From the IMG/VR virus record IMGVR_UViG_3300044692_000034, positions 77,738 through 141,737 of that record: 64,000 nt of DNA, one strand, 5' to 3'. This document shows positions 46,509 through 56,633 of the stretch, one piece after another. The DNA comes from a virus. A model generated the notes under the pieces. It was not told the origin of the DNA. It was given only the letters and a program-made list of their open reading frames with translations, and did no database searches. Every line of letters begins with the position of its first letter. Positions within the stretch are counted from its first letter, which is position 1. A program made the translations under genes and the position numbers.

Positions 46509-48539
46509 CTACGGGAACCTGTCCGAAAGGACGTTGTTGACTGTGTTGCTGTCCAGGACTGCGTTCTCGGAGTTCTCGTCGAGGAGCACATCGATGGTTG
46601 ACGTACTGTCGTCGAGCTGAACGTTCACCGAGTTGGCCGCGAATACGGCGTTCACCGTGTTCTCGTCGAGGACTACTGCCTTCGTAGAACCGAAAAGTTC
46701 TGTGTTGGTCGGCTCCGCGCTCAAGACGAGCTTGTCGAGCGGCGTCGCATCCAAGATCACGTTGACCGGCATGGTGAGCGGCGGGCGGCCAAGCGCACGC
46801 AATCCGCCCGTTGCACTGCCGTGCCCCGCTGCCGTACCGATGAGCGCAGCGGGCGCATGGGGCACGCCAGACATCGCACCCGAGCCGGCGGCCGTGCCAC
46901 GCAGAAGGCTTACGATGCCGGTGGTATGCGAAAGTTCGTCGCCGGTTTGCCCCTGGTCGGTGTGAGCGGTGACGTCGCAAGCGAGCTGGAAGCCGACGTC
47001 AGCAAAGACAGCGGTGTACGACGCCGACGTCGCGCCACTGATGTTCGTTTGGTCGAACGTGTCGGGATCGACCCGGACCCACTGGTACGTGAACGTGAGC
47101 GGCGGCATCCCGAACCAGTTGCCGTCGTCCGGGTTGCTGACGGTGACCGTGACACCAACGTCGACTGTGGTCTTGTTGAGCGGGAACGCTGGTCCGACAT
47201 GGCTCGGCTCCGGGACCCTGAAGACGTACGCGCCCGTAGCGAGAGTCGCCGACGCCTCTCCTGAGTCGTTCGTCGCGTAGACGCGACAGTTGACATCATG
47301 AAATGAGATGTCGGCGCTCTTCGTAAGCACCAAGCTGTCGTCGGACGACCGGGCTTGGAACGTATGCCCACCGATCGAGAAGAACTCGTACTCGAACGTA
47401 GGGGTCGGCGAACCAGACCACGCACCCGGGTCAACCGTGATCGTTACCTCTGAGTTGTCGGCCGGGAGGTAGACGCCTGCCGTGAGGTCACGCACGTAAT
47501 CGCCGTGGAGTGTCGGAGCGACAACGTTGACTGGCGGCTCGGCCGGGAAATCGGGGCCGCCCGTCAGGGTGCCGGAGCCATCGGCGCTGCCTGAGAGCAG
47601 CGGTGGCGCATGCGCGGCGCCAGTGAGAGAACTGACGCCTGCCATGGTGCCCACTAGTGCCGGCACAAAGTTGATGGCGCCGGTTAGCGTGCTCGTGCCC
47701 GCCGAAGTGCCGGAGAGGATCGCGACTACCTTGACGGAGCCGGTTGTGGCGCCTGTCCCTGCCATGGTGCCGGTGAGCTGCCCCGGCCGTGAGACGGTGC
47801 CGCTCATGGCGCCCAAGCCGGCCATGGTCCCCGACAGGTGGTCAGAGACCCGCACGGTGCCGCTCATCGAGCCCGTGCCATGCATGCTGCCCGAGATCGC
47901 AGCGCCCGTCGGCGGTGCGCTCGCAGCACCGAGGTAGCAGTCGTCCAGGAAGACTTCGAAGTTCTGGTTGCCGATGCCAGTAAGGCCGCTCGTGTACACC
48001 GAGTCGGTGAACGTAAGGAGCACATTCGAGAAATCGTTGACGTACGCTGTGAGCACGTCGTCAACTATCTGGAAGAGGATGACGTCACCGGGGCTCATAG
48101 ACCACGTGCCCCCGGACTCGTCACTTGTCAGCAGTGTCAGGTCGCTGTCAGCGAAGATGCCGTCGGCGCGTTCGATCTTGTATGAGTCGGTTCCGAGTGC
48201 GTTGATGTACCACGAGAACCGGTAGCCCGTCGTACCAAACCCGACGTTTGCGATGCGAAGCCACAACGCCATCTGGATGTCGTTGGAGTTACCGATACCG
48301 TCGCGGTACTCCAACGCGATAGCGGAGTCCGTCAAGATGTTGCCGTCATCCCAGACCTGTGACGCGCAGTCACCTGAGCCGTTGGCCTGCGTGCCGTCAG
48401 ACCAGTAGCCCATGGTGTTGAACCCACCATAGACGTCACTTGCCGACCAGGACGTTCCGCCCGGGTTGTTACCGAGTTCTGTGCCGTCAGTCCAGCCGTC
48501 GAAGTTGTCGACTTCGGTTAGGCCGTCAGTAAACGGCAC
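46509..48539 (-). CDS. Fibre/decoration protein (lectin-like N-domain, Gly-rich repeats, Ig-like modules)
   Basis: About 21-aa LSGTMAG.GAMSG repeats; FTYQW...ISGATSASYT...DVG..L.C.VTA. Confidence 0.7.
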   Translation of the reverse strand: MPFTDGLTEVDNFDGWTDGTELGNNPGGTSWSASDVYGGFNTMGYWSDGTQANGSGDCASQVWDDGNILTDSAIALEYRDGIGNSNDIQMALWLRIANVGFGTTGYRFSWYINALGTDSYKIERADGIFADSDLTLLTSDESGGTWSMSPGDVILFQIVDDVLTAYVNDFSNVLLTFTDSVYTSGLTGIGNQNFEVFLDDCYLGAASAPPTGAAISGSMHGTGSMSGTVRVSDHLSGTMAGLGAMSGTVSRPGQLTGTMAGTGATTGSVKVVAILSGTSAGTSTLTGAINFVPALVGTMAGVSSLTGAAHAPPLLSGSADGSGTLTGGPDFPAEPPVNVVAPTLHGDYVRDLTAGVYLPADNSEVTITVDPGAWSGSPTPTFEYEFFSIGGHTFQARSSDDSLVLTKSADISFHDVNCRVYATNDSGEASATLATGAYVFRVPEPSHVGPAFPLNKTTVDVGVTVTVSNPDDGNWFGMPPLTFTYQWVRVDPDTFDQTNISGATSASYTAVFADVGFQLACDVTAHTDQGQTGDELSHTTGIVSLLRGTAAGSGAMSGVPHAPAALIGTAAGHGSATGGLRALGRPPLTMPVNVILDATPLDKLVLSAEPTNTELFGSTKAVVLDENTVNAVFAANSVNVQLDDSTSTIDVLLDENSENAVLDSNTVNNVLSDRFP

Positions 48540-48552
48540 GGCGACTCCCGGT

Positions 48553-48840
48553 CTACTGGAGGCCGGTCAACTGATCGGCGAAGAAGAAGAAGTTGTTCTC
48601 TTCGGCTTGCGTGCCCTGGCCCTCAGCGATCGCGATGAGGGCTGTGAGCTGCGAGAACGCGGACTTGACGAGCGTGACGTCGTCCTCGGTGTATCCCATG
48701 CCCATAAGGGTCGGGGTGTCGCGGGCCGCGAGGTACGCCTGGATCTTCTCAATCGTCGCGAACTGGTTATGCAGCCCGATGATGCAGTTGCCGATCGTCC
48801 GGTCCAGCGTGGCCTTGTCGACTGGGATTCCGACGCTCAT
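48553..48840 (-). CDS. Hypothetical protein
   Basis: GAGG RBS; operon. Confidence 0.65.
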   Translation of the reverse strand: MSVGIPVDKATLDRTIGNCIIGLHNQFATIEKIQAYLAARDTPTLMGMGYTEDDVTLVKSAFSQLTALIAIAEGQGTQAEENNFFFFADQLTGLQ

Positions 48841-48842
48841 GG

Positions 48843-49094
48843 TTAGTCCTCGTCGAGTGCGGTCACGGTATACGTCAGTTCGCGTGAGATGGTCGTGCTG
48901 CCATCGTTCGCGAGACTGAAATCTGTTTGTTCGACGTGGTATCCGGCTGCACCACCGTCAGTGCTGACAACCAATACATCTCCAGAGATGACAAGGTCTG
49001 GCTCTACCTGGAGTGCCTCGAGGATCGTGAAGTATCCATCGGTGGGGTTGAACGGACCACGTTGCTGTCCGTTGAAAAGAAGATAGGTAGCCAT
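48843..49094 (-). CDS. Hypothetical protein
   Basis: Operon position. Confidence 0.55.
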   Translation of the reverse strand: MATYLLFNGQQRGPFNPTDGYFTILEALQVEPDLVISGDVLVVSTDGGAAGYHVEQTDFSLANDGSTTISRELTYTVTALDED

Positions 49095-49095
49095 G

Positions 49096-50160
49096 TCAGT
49101 CCGCTGTCGTGGTGTAAGCACTCGTCGCGAACGTCGCGGGCGTTTGGGTCGTAGACACCGTCACGCTCGTGCACGTTCCGTACTTGCGCAGCTCACCGCT
49201 CACGTTGGTGGATGAGATTCCTTGGACGTTGGCGAATGCCACGATGGTGCTGCTGCCGGCCGTGCACGCCGCATACGCGATTGCGGAGCCGTTTGACGAA
49301 GAACCGCCTGATGCTGCGCCCATCACAGACGAATTGACCTGAGCCGGCGCGTATCCGGTGTACGTCGGCTTATGCGAGCCGTCGTTCGCTGCCGTAGCGC
49401 CGTCGCTGTCGGTGAACGCGAGGATGCTCAGCGCGATGTAGAACGGGTCGACGAGTGCCGGGAACCGGGTCTTCTGGTTCTCCTGATCGATGATCTGGTT
49501 CTCCCAGACATCCGACCAGCCCGTCCCGCCCGAGATCGTGTTCGTCTTCTTCTTCAGCTCGTCGGAGGCGGCCTGCCCCCACACCGCTGCGTGCTGCGCA
49601 AAGACCTGCTCCAGCCACACGTTGAACGCATCGCTGGACAGGATTGGAAGTTGCATGTACTGCCCGGCGTGCGGGTTCAACCACACGCGCTTGTCCTCTG
49701 GGATCTCCGTCGCAGCTTTGGCCCAGGGGCCATCGAAGACGCATGAGCGTTGAGCGTTGATCAGCTCAGCCGCCTCGTTCGTGTTGAACGTCTTCTCCTC
49801 GCCGAGCGGTTCCTTGATCGCCTCGAGGCCCTGCTGCGAGAGCATGTACGTCTTGCCCTCGATCCGCCAATGCCGGTGGGGCATGGCGAGACGGCGGGCG
49901 AACGTCTCCGCCGTCTCGTCGTGCATCTCGATCGTGTGCGGGTGGCTCTGCGCGAGCAACGCGAGCCGTGTCGCGTTCTGCTGCTCGTCCAGGTCGACGA
50001 CGTACCCCTTCTTGACCAGCGCCTGGACCTGCTTCGAAACGGCCAGCTCTGACCTGTTCGCGGCATAGGGGTCCGTGCGCAGCATGTGCGTCACGTCCTC
50101 GATATTCCGTGGGCAGCCCAGGTGGACGAGCGTCCGCCTGTCCAGTTCAAGAAGGGGCAT
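49096..50160 (-). CDS. Virion protein with C-terminal fibre-associated domain
   Basis: YIAL, YTGYA, SSN.SAI.Y..C, TP.F motifs in C-terminal third. Confidence 0.65.
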   Translation of the reverse strand: MPLLELDRRTLVHLGCPRNIEDVTHMLRTDPYAANRSELAVSKQVQALVKKGYVVDLDEQQNATRLALLAQSHPHTIEMHDETAETFARRLAMPHRHWRIEGKTYMLSQQGLEAIKEPLGEEKTFNTNEAAELINAQRSCVFDGPWAKAATEIPEDKRVWLNPHAGQYMQLPILSSDAFNVWLEQVFAQHAAVWGQAASDELKKKTNTISGGTGWSDVWENQIIDQENQKTRFPALVDPFYIALSILAFTDSDGATAANDGSHKPTYTGYAPAQVNSSVMGAASGGSSSNGSAIAYAACTAGSSTIVAFANVQGISSTNVSGELRKYGTCTSVTVSTTQTPATFATSAYTTTAD

Positions 50161-50180
50161 TCTGCGTGAGTCCCTTGTCG

Positions 50181-50630
50181 TTAGCTCGTGCGCTTGGCGC
50201 GAGCACGACGCGCCGCCGTGGGCTTGGCGGCGGTGCCGAGCGGAGCCGCGTCGCCGTTGGGCTCCGCGTCTCCGCCGTTGGACTCGCCGTCGTCCTCTCC
50301 GCTGTCGGCCTGCTCATCGGCGGCGCTCTCACCGGTGTCACCCGTGTCGTCGCCGCCGTCGTCGGCAGAGGCCGACGAGTCGGGCTCCTCGTCCGACTCG
50401 CCGCCCGTGTCCTCGTCTCCGTCGCCGTCGTCGCTGTCGTCGTCGGCGCCGTCCCACTCGTAGTGGACCTCGAGGTCGACCGGGTCGAAGGACTCGGGGC
50501 TGGCCGCAAGGATCGGGTGACCCTCACGGATGCGCTTGCCCTTCGCAACGATCACGCTGGCGCCCTCAAACGTCGTCGCAAACGTGCGGTTCGCGACGAA
50601 CACAGCGCCGCGCTTCTTGTCTTCGGCCAC
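50181..50630 (-). CDS. Acidic small protein after capsid gene
   Basis: KGKRIREGHPIL...PESF then D/E-rich tail. Confidence 0.65.
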   Translation of the reverse strand: MAEDKKRGAVFVANRTFATTFEGASVIVAKGKRIREGHPILAASPESFDPVDLEVHYEWDGADDDSDDGDGDEDTGGESDEEPDSSASADDGGDDTGDTGESAADEQADSGEDDGESNGGDAEPNGDAAPLGTAAKPTAARRARAKRTS

Positions 50631-50645
50631 GGTCTCCCCCGTTCC

Positions 50646-52232
50646 CTACTTGACCTTCAGGACGCGGAACGCGTTCGGCGAGAGCACCACCGACGTGTTC
50701 CGCCAGAAGGCGACGATGCCGCGCTGGCCCGTCGGCCGGCCGGACGTGCCGAACAGGTGCGGCACCAGCTCGATGTCCATGCCGACCCGGTCGACGATCA
50801 GGAAGTAGCGCCAGTCGCCGACCGCGAGGATCAGGTTGCCGGTGGCGATACCGCTCGCCATCGCCGAGCACTCGTTCGCCGGCCGCCCGAGGAGCTGCGC
50901 CCCGAGGTTGCCCGGCGTCGGGACCTGGTTCTGGAACCCGAGCTGGAGGTTCTGCACGAAGATGTTCGCGCCGCCCGCCGTGTCGAACTGGCGGGTGAGG
51001 TCGTAGACGGAGAGGTTGCCGACCCACTGCGCGCGGGCGCGGAAGCGGGCGGGCAGGTTCTCCCACACCTTGTAGATGTCGGCCACGGCGAACGTGGCGG
51101 AGCCGGCGCCGGTGACGACCGTCGTCGCGCCCGTCAGGAAGCCGCTCGGCTCGTCGGAGCCGTCGCCGTCCGTGAACTTCTGCGCCTCGACGTCGTCCTT
51201 GCCGTCCTGGATCATGACGGCGATGTCGGACTGGAGCGAACCCCAGTCCTGGCCGATCTCGACCGAGTACGGGATGAACGCGTCGCATCGGACCGGCGTG
51301 GCGTCCGGCTGCGCGAGCGTCGGCGAGTCGTCGGTCATCTGCGCGGCCTGCGCCTTGTACGACACCGAGACACCGGCGGAGCTGACGCCCTGCCACGTCG
51401 TCGTCGCGATGGACTCGACGCGGGCGATGTTGCGGTACGGGTTGACCGAGTGGTTCGACGTCGGGATGATCGTCGGGTCGAGCGTGAACGGCACCGCGAA
51501 GCCGCCGCCGGAGCCGGCGGTCGACAGCGCGCGCTGCTCCTCGTTCGTCAGCGGGCGGCCCATGAGGCTCTTGCCGAACGCGCGCTTGTACTCCGGCGAG
51601 CCCGTCGACAGGATGCGCCGCGCGAGGAAGTCGGCCTGGTCGCTGCCCAGCTCGACGTCCGCGTCACGGAACTTCTCCAGCAGGCCCGCGATGTGCTCCT
51701 GCGCACGCTCCCGCGACACCTCGGGGTGCGGGAACGTCGTGTTCTTGTCCTCGAGCGCGCGGAGAACGTTGTCCCTCAGCTTCGAGGACTCCTCGGCGGG
51801 AGAGCGCGCCCAGTTGCGGATGGCCCAGACGTCGTAGATGTTGGTCGGACCGGAGTCGCGAGTCGTGTGAAACGTGGCACCGCGCTCCGACGACCCGCCG
51901 CCGTCGTTGATGTTCTTGAGCCGGTCCGCGCGAGCGCGCAGCTCCTTGATGATGTCCTCGTTCTCCTCCAGCTCCTCGTTGTAGTCGTTCCACGACTTGC
52001 GCTGAGCCTCCGGCATGATCTGGCCGGCGAACGCGGAGTCCAGCTCCGTCAGGGCGGTGCGGATCTGCGCCTGGCGGACCTCGAACTCCTCGATCGTGCG
52101 CGGCCGATCGTTCGTCGGCAGGCCCGCGAGGAAGAGGGCGTTGGACGTACGCTGCCACGACTCCTCGTCGTGCAGCAGGGAACGGAGGGCGGTCACGCCC
52201 GCCGGGATGGTGAGGGACTTCACAGTCTCCAC
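50646..52232 (-). CDS. HK97-fold major capsid protein with N-terminal delta domain
   Basis: Coiled-coil N-terminus; GGFAVP..LDPTII; GDG..EP.G; LLGRP; GDW..F.IVDR.G; AFRVL. Confidence 0.95.
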   Translation of the reverse strand: METVKSLTIPAGVTALRSLLHDEESWQRTSNALFLAGLPTNDRPRTIEEFEVRQAQIRTALTELDSAFAGQIMPEAQRKSWNDYNEELEENEDIIKELRARADRLKNINDGGGSSERGATFHTTRDSGPTNIYDVWAIRNWARSPAEESSKLRDNVLRALEDKNTTFPHPEVSRERAQEHIAGLLEKFRDADVELGSDQADFLARRILSTGSPEYKRAFGKSLMGRPLTNEEQRALSTAGSGGGFAVPFTLDPTIIPTSNHSVNPYRNIARVESIATTTWQGVSSAGVSVSYKAQAAQMTDDSPTLAQPDATPVRCDAFIPYSVEIGQDWGSLQSDIAVMIQDGKDDVEAQKFTDGDGSDEPSGFLTGATTVVTGAGSATFAVADIYKVWENLPARFRARAQWVGNLSVYDLTRQFDTAGGANIFVQNLQLGFQNQVPTPGNLGAQLLGRPANECSAMASGIATGNLILAVGDWRYFLIVDRVGMDIELVPHLFGTSGRPTGQRGIVAFWRNTSVVLSPNAFRVLKVK

Positions 52233-53353
52233 GGCTCCTTGGTGTTGCCTCGGAGAGGAGTGGGGGCTGACCCCGGCGCCTCAAGGTAATCGGGCCGCTC
52301 GCGGCGCTCTCGGCGCGGCTGCGGCCCCTCGACGATGTCCTCCTTGCCCGGGAGGGGCGGGTGTTCGCGCTGCCAAGCAGGCACGAAATCCTTGTCGCCG
52401 GCCGGTGTGTCAGCCGGCGTGTCTGCGCCCTCCTCGGACTCGCCCGAGGCGCGCTCCGCCGGCTCGTCAGCCGTTGCGTCTGGAGCTTCCGGAGTCGCCT
52501 CGCGGGCGCCCTCCGGCGTCTCCTTCTCGGCAGGTGACGTCTCGGCCGCGCCGTCTTCGGGGTCGGCCTTCTCGTCGGCGCGCTGAGTGGAGACGGTGAT
52601 GTGCTCGCGCGGCTGCTCACGCTCGGGCGAGACCTTGCGAGCAATCAGATCTGCGAGGGTTGCGCCCTCTCCGGCCATGCGCAGCATCTCCGGGTCGCCG
52701 AGACCGAGGCCCGCAGCGATGTACTCGTCCGTCAACGAGCGGAGACCGGCTGTCGCATCGGGATAGGCCGGGAACGTGACAGGCCCGAACTCGCTGACGC
52801 GCATCTCCTTGATGGTGCGCTCAGGAATGCCGTTCGGGTTGTGCTCGGAACGGGGCGGCTCCTGGTTCCAGTCCTCTTTGATGATGCTGAAGCGGAAGCT
52901 AGCGCCGTAGAGCCCGGCTTCGAGGCCGGGGAGAAGGGTGCTGCGCACGTAGTCGGCGTCGAGCAGGTCGACCTCGTACGCGCCACCGGTATTGTCCTCG
53001 GCGAGAGACCGGATCGGGCCGAGCGGCTTGCTACCGATCTGCGGGTCCCGGCCATGTTGGAACAGGACCTTCATGCCCGTCCTGTTCTCTTTGAACGTCT
53101 TCTTGGCAGCCCCGGGCGCGATGCGCTCCATGAAGTTGCCCTCGAACCAAGAGTCGATCTCGGTCCAGCGGTTGAACACGCAGAAGTGCCCGGCCATGAC
53201 TGGCGTGTCACCGTCGCCGGAGCCGTTCTTCGCGCGCAGCTCGATCCCCGGGATGGTTAGCTCTCCCTCGGAAGGGGGAGACCAGAGGCGGATGAGGTTG
53301 TCCCTCGGCGCCTCGTACCGACCCGGAGGCGGCGGCGTTGACTTGCCACTCAT
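52220..53353 (-). CDS. HK97-family prohead protease
   Basis: F.ERIAPGA, VLFQHG, YGASFRF, RTIKE....EFGPVTFPAY..A. Confidence 0.93.
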   Translation of the reverse strand: MSGKSTPPPPGRYEAPRDNLIRLWSPPSEGELTIPGIELRAKNGSGDGDTPVMAGHFCVFNRWTEIDSWFEGNFMERIAPGAAKKTFKENRTGMKVLFQHGRDPQIGSKPLGPIRSLAEDNTGGAYEVDLLDADYVRSTLLPGLEAGLYGASFRFSIIKEDWNQEPPRSEHNPNGIPERTIKEMRVSEFGPVTFPAYPDATAGLRSLTDEYIAAGLGLGDPEMLRMAGEGATLADLIARKVSPEREQPREHITVSTQRADEKADPEDGAAETSPAEKETPEGAREATPEAPDATADEPAERASGESEEGADTPADTPAGDKDFVPAWQREHPPLPGKEDIVEGPQPRRERRERPDYLEAPGSAPTPLRGNTKEPWRL

Positions 53354-53383
53354 GGCGGGGCAGGCTAGGCGCTATCTGAACGC

Positions 53384-55117
53384 CTAGTCACCGCCACCTG
53401 TACTTTCGTTAGGACCGGGTCCTTTGTCCATGAAGGGCCACAGGAACGTGCCGGGTTCCCGCGCAGCGCGATGCTTGACGAACGTGTTCCCGAAGCGCAG
53501 GTTGACCATTGTCCGGTCGTCGTCGACCTCGGCCTGCTCGGCAAGTCGCCGCTGCTCCTCCGCTTCTGTCGCCTCGCGCGCGAGCCGCACCTGCCGCGCG
53601 TAGTCGTTCTCTTCGATGACGTCGGCGTCTGGGACGTCGTAGTCTGCTGACGCCGCGCCGCTTGTGCCGTTCGCGCTCGCGCCGGCACCGTTGCCATTCC
53701 CGTTCGAGTTGCCGTTCCCGTTGCCGTTGAGGAGGTTGCTGCTGTTCGTCTCCGGCTGTGACGCTGAGCCGGGCGGTTGGAGCTGGACGCTGACGAGCCC
53801 CGTGTGCTTCAGCAGCGTCATGTCCCCGGCGTTGACAGCCTTCACGACGCTGTCAGGCTCGAAGCCTTCCTTCACAAGGATGGCGATCGTGGTGGCGTCC
53901 GCCTGGAGCGCAGCGGCCGTGTCGGTCGCGTCCTCCTGGAGGAAAGAGATGTCGCTCGGGTCGTACCACAAGCGGACGCCCTGCCCGCGCGGAAGGTCGA
54001 CGATCCGCTGGAGGCTGCCGCACGCGTTGCGCCACATGGGACGCATCGCGAGGTCACCGAACGCGCGCTTGGCCTGCCCGTAGTTGCTGTACGTGCTGGC
54101 GTCAAGACCTTCGCTCAGCCCGATGATGATCGGCGGGACTCGTGCGGCTGCGCAAATGCGTGTCTCGCCCGCGCCCTGCACTTCCTTGAATGACGCCTGT
54201 TGCATGTTGGCTCCGACGAGCGTCACGTCAGCGCCGCCACCGAGGTAGATGGTCTTGTAGGCGTTCATGACGCCCGTGTGTTCTTCCTCGAACGCCTCGA
54301 CGAACTCCTTGAAGTTCTTCGGCGTGATGTCCTTGTCGAGCGAGACGATCGTGTTCACTGTCGCGCCCTGCTCGAAGAACTTCAGCTTGTGTGTGGTGGC
54401 TGCGTCGTCGCTCCGGATCTCTTTGATGACCGGAGTGATCCACGACATGCCACGAAACCGGCCCGTCGGGTCCGGCACGAGCTTGAAGTGAGCGACCTCG
54501 TCCGCGAGAAATGTTTTGACCGGCTGGCCTGAGTTGCGGCCACCCGGATGGTAGATGTAGCCGATGACCTCGGTGTCCCACTCCCACAGAGGATGATCGC
54601 TGTTCGGCTTGAGCTGCGACCCACCGACGATCGTGACCCAGTCAGGCTGGAGGCGCCGGCACGACCACGGCGCCGTACCGAACTGCGACTTCGGGCCACG
54701 CGCGATGAACGCGTTGCCGGCGAGGTCAACATCGAGGGACATGATTGACAGTAGGTCGCTTGTGCTGCCGCCCGCCCAGGGCTCTTCCAACGGGAGTAGC
54801 GCTTGCGTTCCGAAGAGCGCGCCGGCTTTGCCGTTGTCCATCTGCTGGAACTGGAAGCGGGCTTCGCTGAACAGCAGCATGCGTGCGACGAGGCACGCGT
54901 ACACGACGCCGTTGTTCTTCATGGCGCCTTGCACCATGCCCTGGAAGTCGGCGGGGATCTCGTCGGCTGGCTGCCCGAGGCTGTACTGGTTGTTGTTCGG
55001 CATCGGGAAGCCGTTGAGCATGATCATCGACAGCCAGTCGTCGACGGTCAGTGTCGGCCACGTCTCCCCAGATCGCGCCTGCTGACGCCCCCCGAGCCAG
55101 TCACGAAGGACGCTCAT
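53384..55117 (-). CDS. HK97-family portal protein
   Basis: NGVVYAC, LAGNAF, EVAHF, RGMSWI, FFEQGAT, RICAAARVPP..IG, TYSNY. Confidence 0.95.
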   Translation of the reverse strand: MSVLRDWLGGRQQARSGETWPTLTVDDWLSMIMLNGFPMPNNNQYSLGQPADEIPADFQGMVQGAMKNNGVVYACLVARMLLFSEARFQFQQMDNGKAGALFGTQALLPLEEPWAGGSTSDLLSIMSLDVDLAGNAFIARGPKSQFGTAPWSCRRLQPDWVTIVGGSQLKPNSDHPLWEWDTEVIGYIYHPGGRNSGQPVKTFLADEVAHFKLVPDPTGRFRGMSWITPVIKEIRSDDAATTHKLKFFEQGATVNTIVSLDKDITPKNFKEFVEAFEEEHTGVMNAYKTIYLGGGADVTLVGANMQQASFKEVQGAGETRICAAARVPPIIIGLSEGLDASTYSNYGQAKRAFGDLAMRPMWRNACGSLQRIVDLPRGQGVRLWYDPSDISFLQEDATDTAAALQADATTIAILVKEGFEPDSVVKAVNAGDMTLLKHTGLVSVQLQPPGSASQPETNSSNLLNGNGNGNSNGNGNGAGASANGTSGAASADYDVPDADVIEENDYARQVRLAREATEAEEQRRLAEQAEVDDDRTMVNLRFGNTFVKHRAAREPGTFLWPFMDKGPGPNESTGGGD

Positions 55118-55212
55118 GGAACCACCCTCACGATTGAAGTACCTGTTTCCTGTATGACGAGAGCGCCGCCGACCATGCTAACTTCGGTCGCGAACTCGTA
55201 TCGGAACCGAAG

Positions 55213-55503
55213 ATGACCCTCACGAAACTGACCTTTGTTGCTGCTCTCGTTGCCCTCCCGCTCGCGGCTTGCGGCCAGGGACGACAGACGGCGACGACGT
55301 GCACCGACAACGACTTCTACAGTCGCGCCGTCGACATCGCTCACGTCACGTACGGCATTCCGAAGGACGGCCGGTACCTCGCGCTGAGCGCCGCCCATTA
55401 CGACAACGGGCAGGCCGCGACGGTGCATGTGCGTTTCGACGGCACGACGCACGATGTCGACGTCCGTTGCGTCAACGGGCACGCCGAAGTCGACACTCAC
55501 TGA
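55213..55503 (+). CDS. Lipoprotein
   Basis: Lipobox LAAC after hydrophobic signal. Confidence 0.7.
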   Translation: MTLTKLTFVAALVALPLAACGQGRQTATTCTDNDFYSRAVDIAHVTYGIPKDGRYLALSAAHYDNGQAATVHVRFDGTTHDVDVRCVNGHAEVDTH

Positions 55504-55736
55504 GGGGTCCTCCGGTTGCCTCGCGGTGGCGAACTGACCAAGAACGCCACCGCGAGCAACAGGACCCCTAGCACCACGATGGCGACCCAGGGGGCTAGTC
55601 CCCATGCCAGGCCCCCGGTTACGCAGCACAGCCCCAGGACCGCGAGGAGCTGCGCGACATAGAGCCGCGCCTTCTGCGACGGGACGGCGCGCTCGGTACG
55701 CCTCCCTGTCGGGTTTGTGTTAGTCGCGGCTGCCAT
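55497..55736 (-). CDS. Small 2-TM membrane protein (pre-portal)
   Basis: Two TM helices; GGAGG RBS. Confidence 0.7.
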   Translation of the reverse strand: MAAATNTNPTGRRTERAVPSQKARLYVAQLLAVLGLCCVTGGLAWGLAPWVAIVVLGVLLLAVAFLVSSPPRGNRRTPQ

Positions 55737-55966
55737 CGAGCCTCCCGTAGAGGACCGTGGTCACGGGCTCTCCTCCCGTGGAGACGGTCGGTTCGATGGC
55801 CGCATCGTGTGGCGTTTCGTGCGTGCGGGTCATGGCCGGGCACGGTACGCGCGCCCGCGATTGGACCAGCCGGTGGACTACCCGAACGGCAGTTTGCTTA
55901 CGCCGTGTTCAGGTAGAACGCTGGCAACGACGCGCCAATCCCGGCGCTTGGTCATAGGAGGCCATC

Positions 55967-56221
55967 GTGAGCAAGGACACCAAGGACTTCCCGTCCGCCC
56001 TCGGCGCCCCGGCCGAGCACCCCGCGAACCCGAAGATCGTCGGTCCGTCGACGGATCCGCTGGTCGTTGAGGAGGGCACCCGCAAGACGGTGCCGATCCA
56101 GGACCCGCCCGGCCCGTCGCCGTTCAAGTACGTCGACGACCGGGGCAAGGAGCATGACAGCGCCGGCGACGCGATGGACGCGACGCGCAAGAACGCCGAG
56201 CGCAAGAACGACAGCGACTAG
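55967..56221 (+). CDS. Hypothetical protein
   Basis: AGGAGG RBS. Confidence 0.65.
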   Translation: MSKDTKDFPSALGAPAEHPANPKIVGPSTDPLVVEEGTRKTVPIQDPPGPSPFKYVDDRGKEHDSAGDAMDATRKNAERKNDSD

Positions 56222-56227
56222 CTGCCG

Positions 56228-56593
56228 GTGAGCGACTTCATCGAACGCGTCCGTGAGGTCGCTCGCAACCACGGATACGCAATCGGCGTCCACGGCTCGC
56301 AGAAACGTGACCTGGACCTCATGGCCATGCCGTGGACGCCTGAAGCGTGCAGCGCGCAGGACCTCGTAGACGCCATCTCCGAGGAACTCGACCTCCATCA
56401 GCGTGCCGTCAACCTGTACGCCGAGCCCGATGGGCCGCGCGTCATGCCGAACCCGGAGCCGAAGCCATGGGGCCGGCTCGCGTGGTCACTCGACGGCTGT
56501 CCGTCTCACTGGAAGTACGTCGACATCAGCGTCGCGCCGCGAGCCGGAGAAGCAGTTCCGGTGATCGCCTACCAAGTGGTAACTTCGAAGTGA
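56228..56593 (+). CDS. Minimal nucleotidyltransferase-like phage protein
   Basis: GYAIGVHGSQKRDLDL (GS..DxD) and distal YVDIS. Confidence 0.55.
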   Translation: MSDFIERVREVARNHGYAIGVHGSQKRDLDLMAMPWTPEACSAQDLVDAISEELDLHQRAVNLYAEPDGPRVMPNPEPKPWGRLAWSLDGCPSHWKYVDISVAPRAGEAVPVIAYQVVTSK

Positions 56594-56599
56594 CATGCC

Positions 56600-56627
56600 C
56601 GGCCGGGGTGGGAGCGCACCCCGGCCG
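56600..56627. terminator. Hairpin between convergent genes
   Basis: cggccggggtg-ggagcg-caccccggccg. Confidence 0.65.
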
Positions 56628-56633
56628 AGTTGT

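Noticed and set aside
50109-52289. 726-aa + strand ORF and the many other long antisense ORFs
   Set aside because: Shadow frames of high-GC minus-strand genes (here the capsid); Arg/Val/Ala-rich with no motifs
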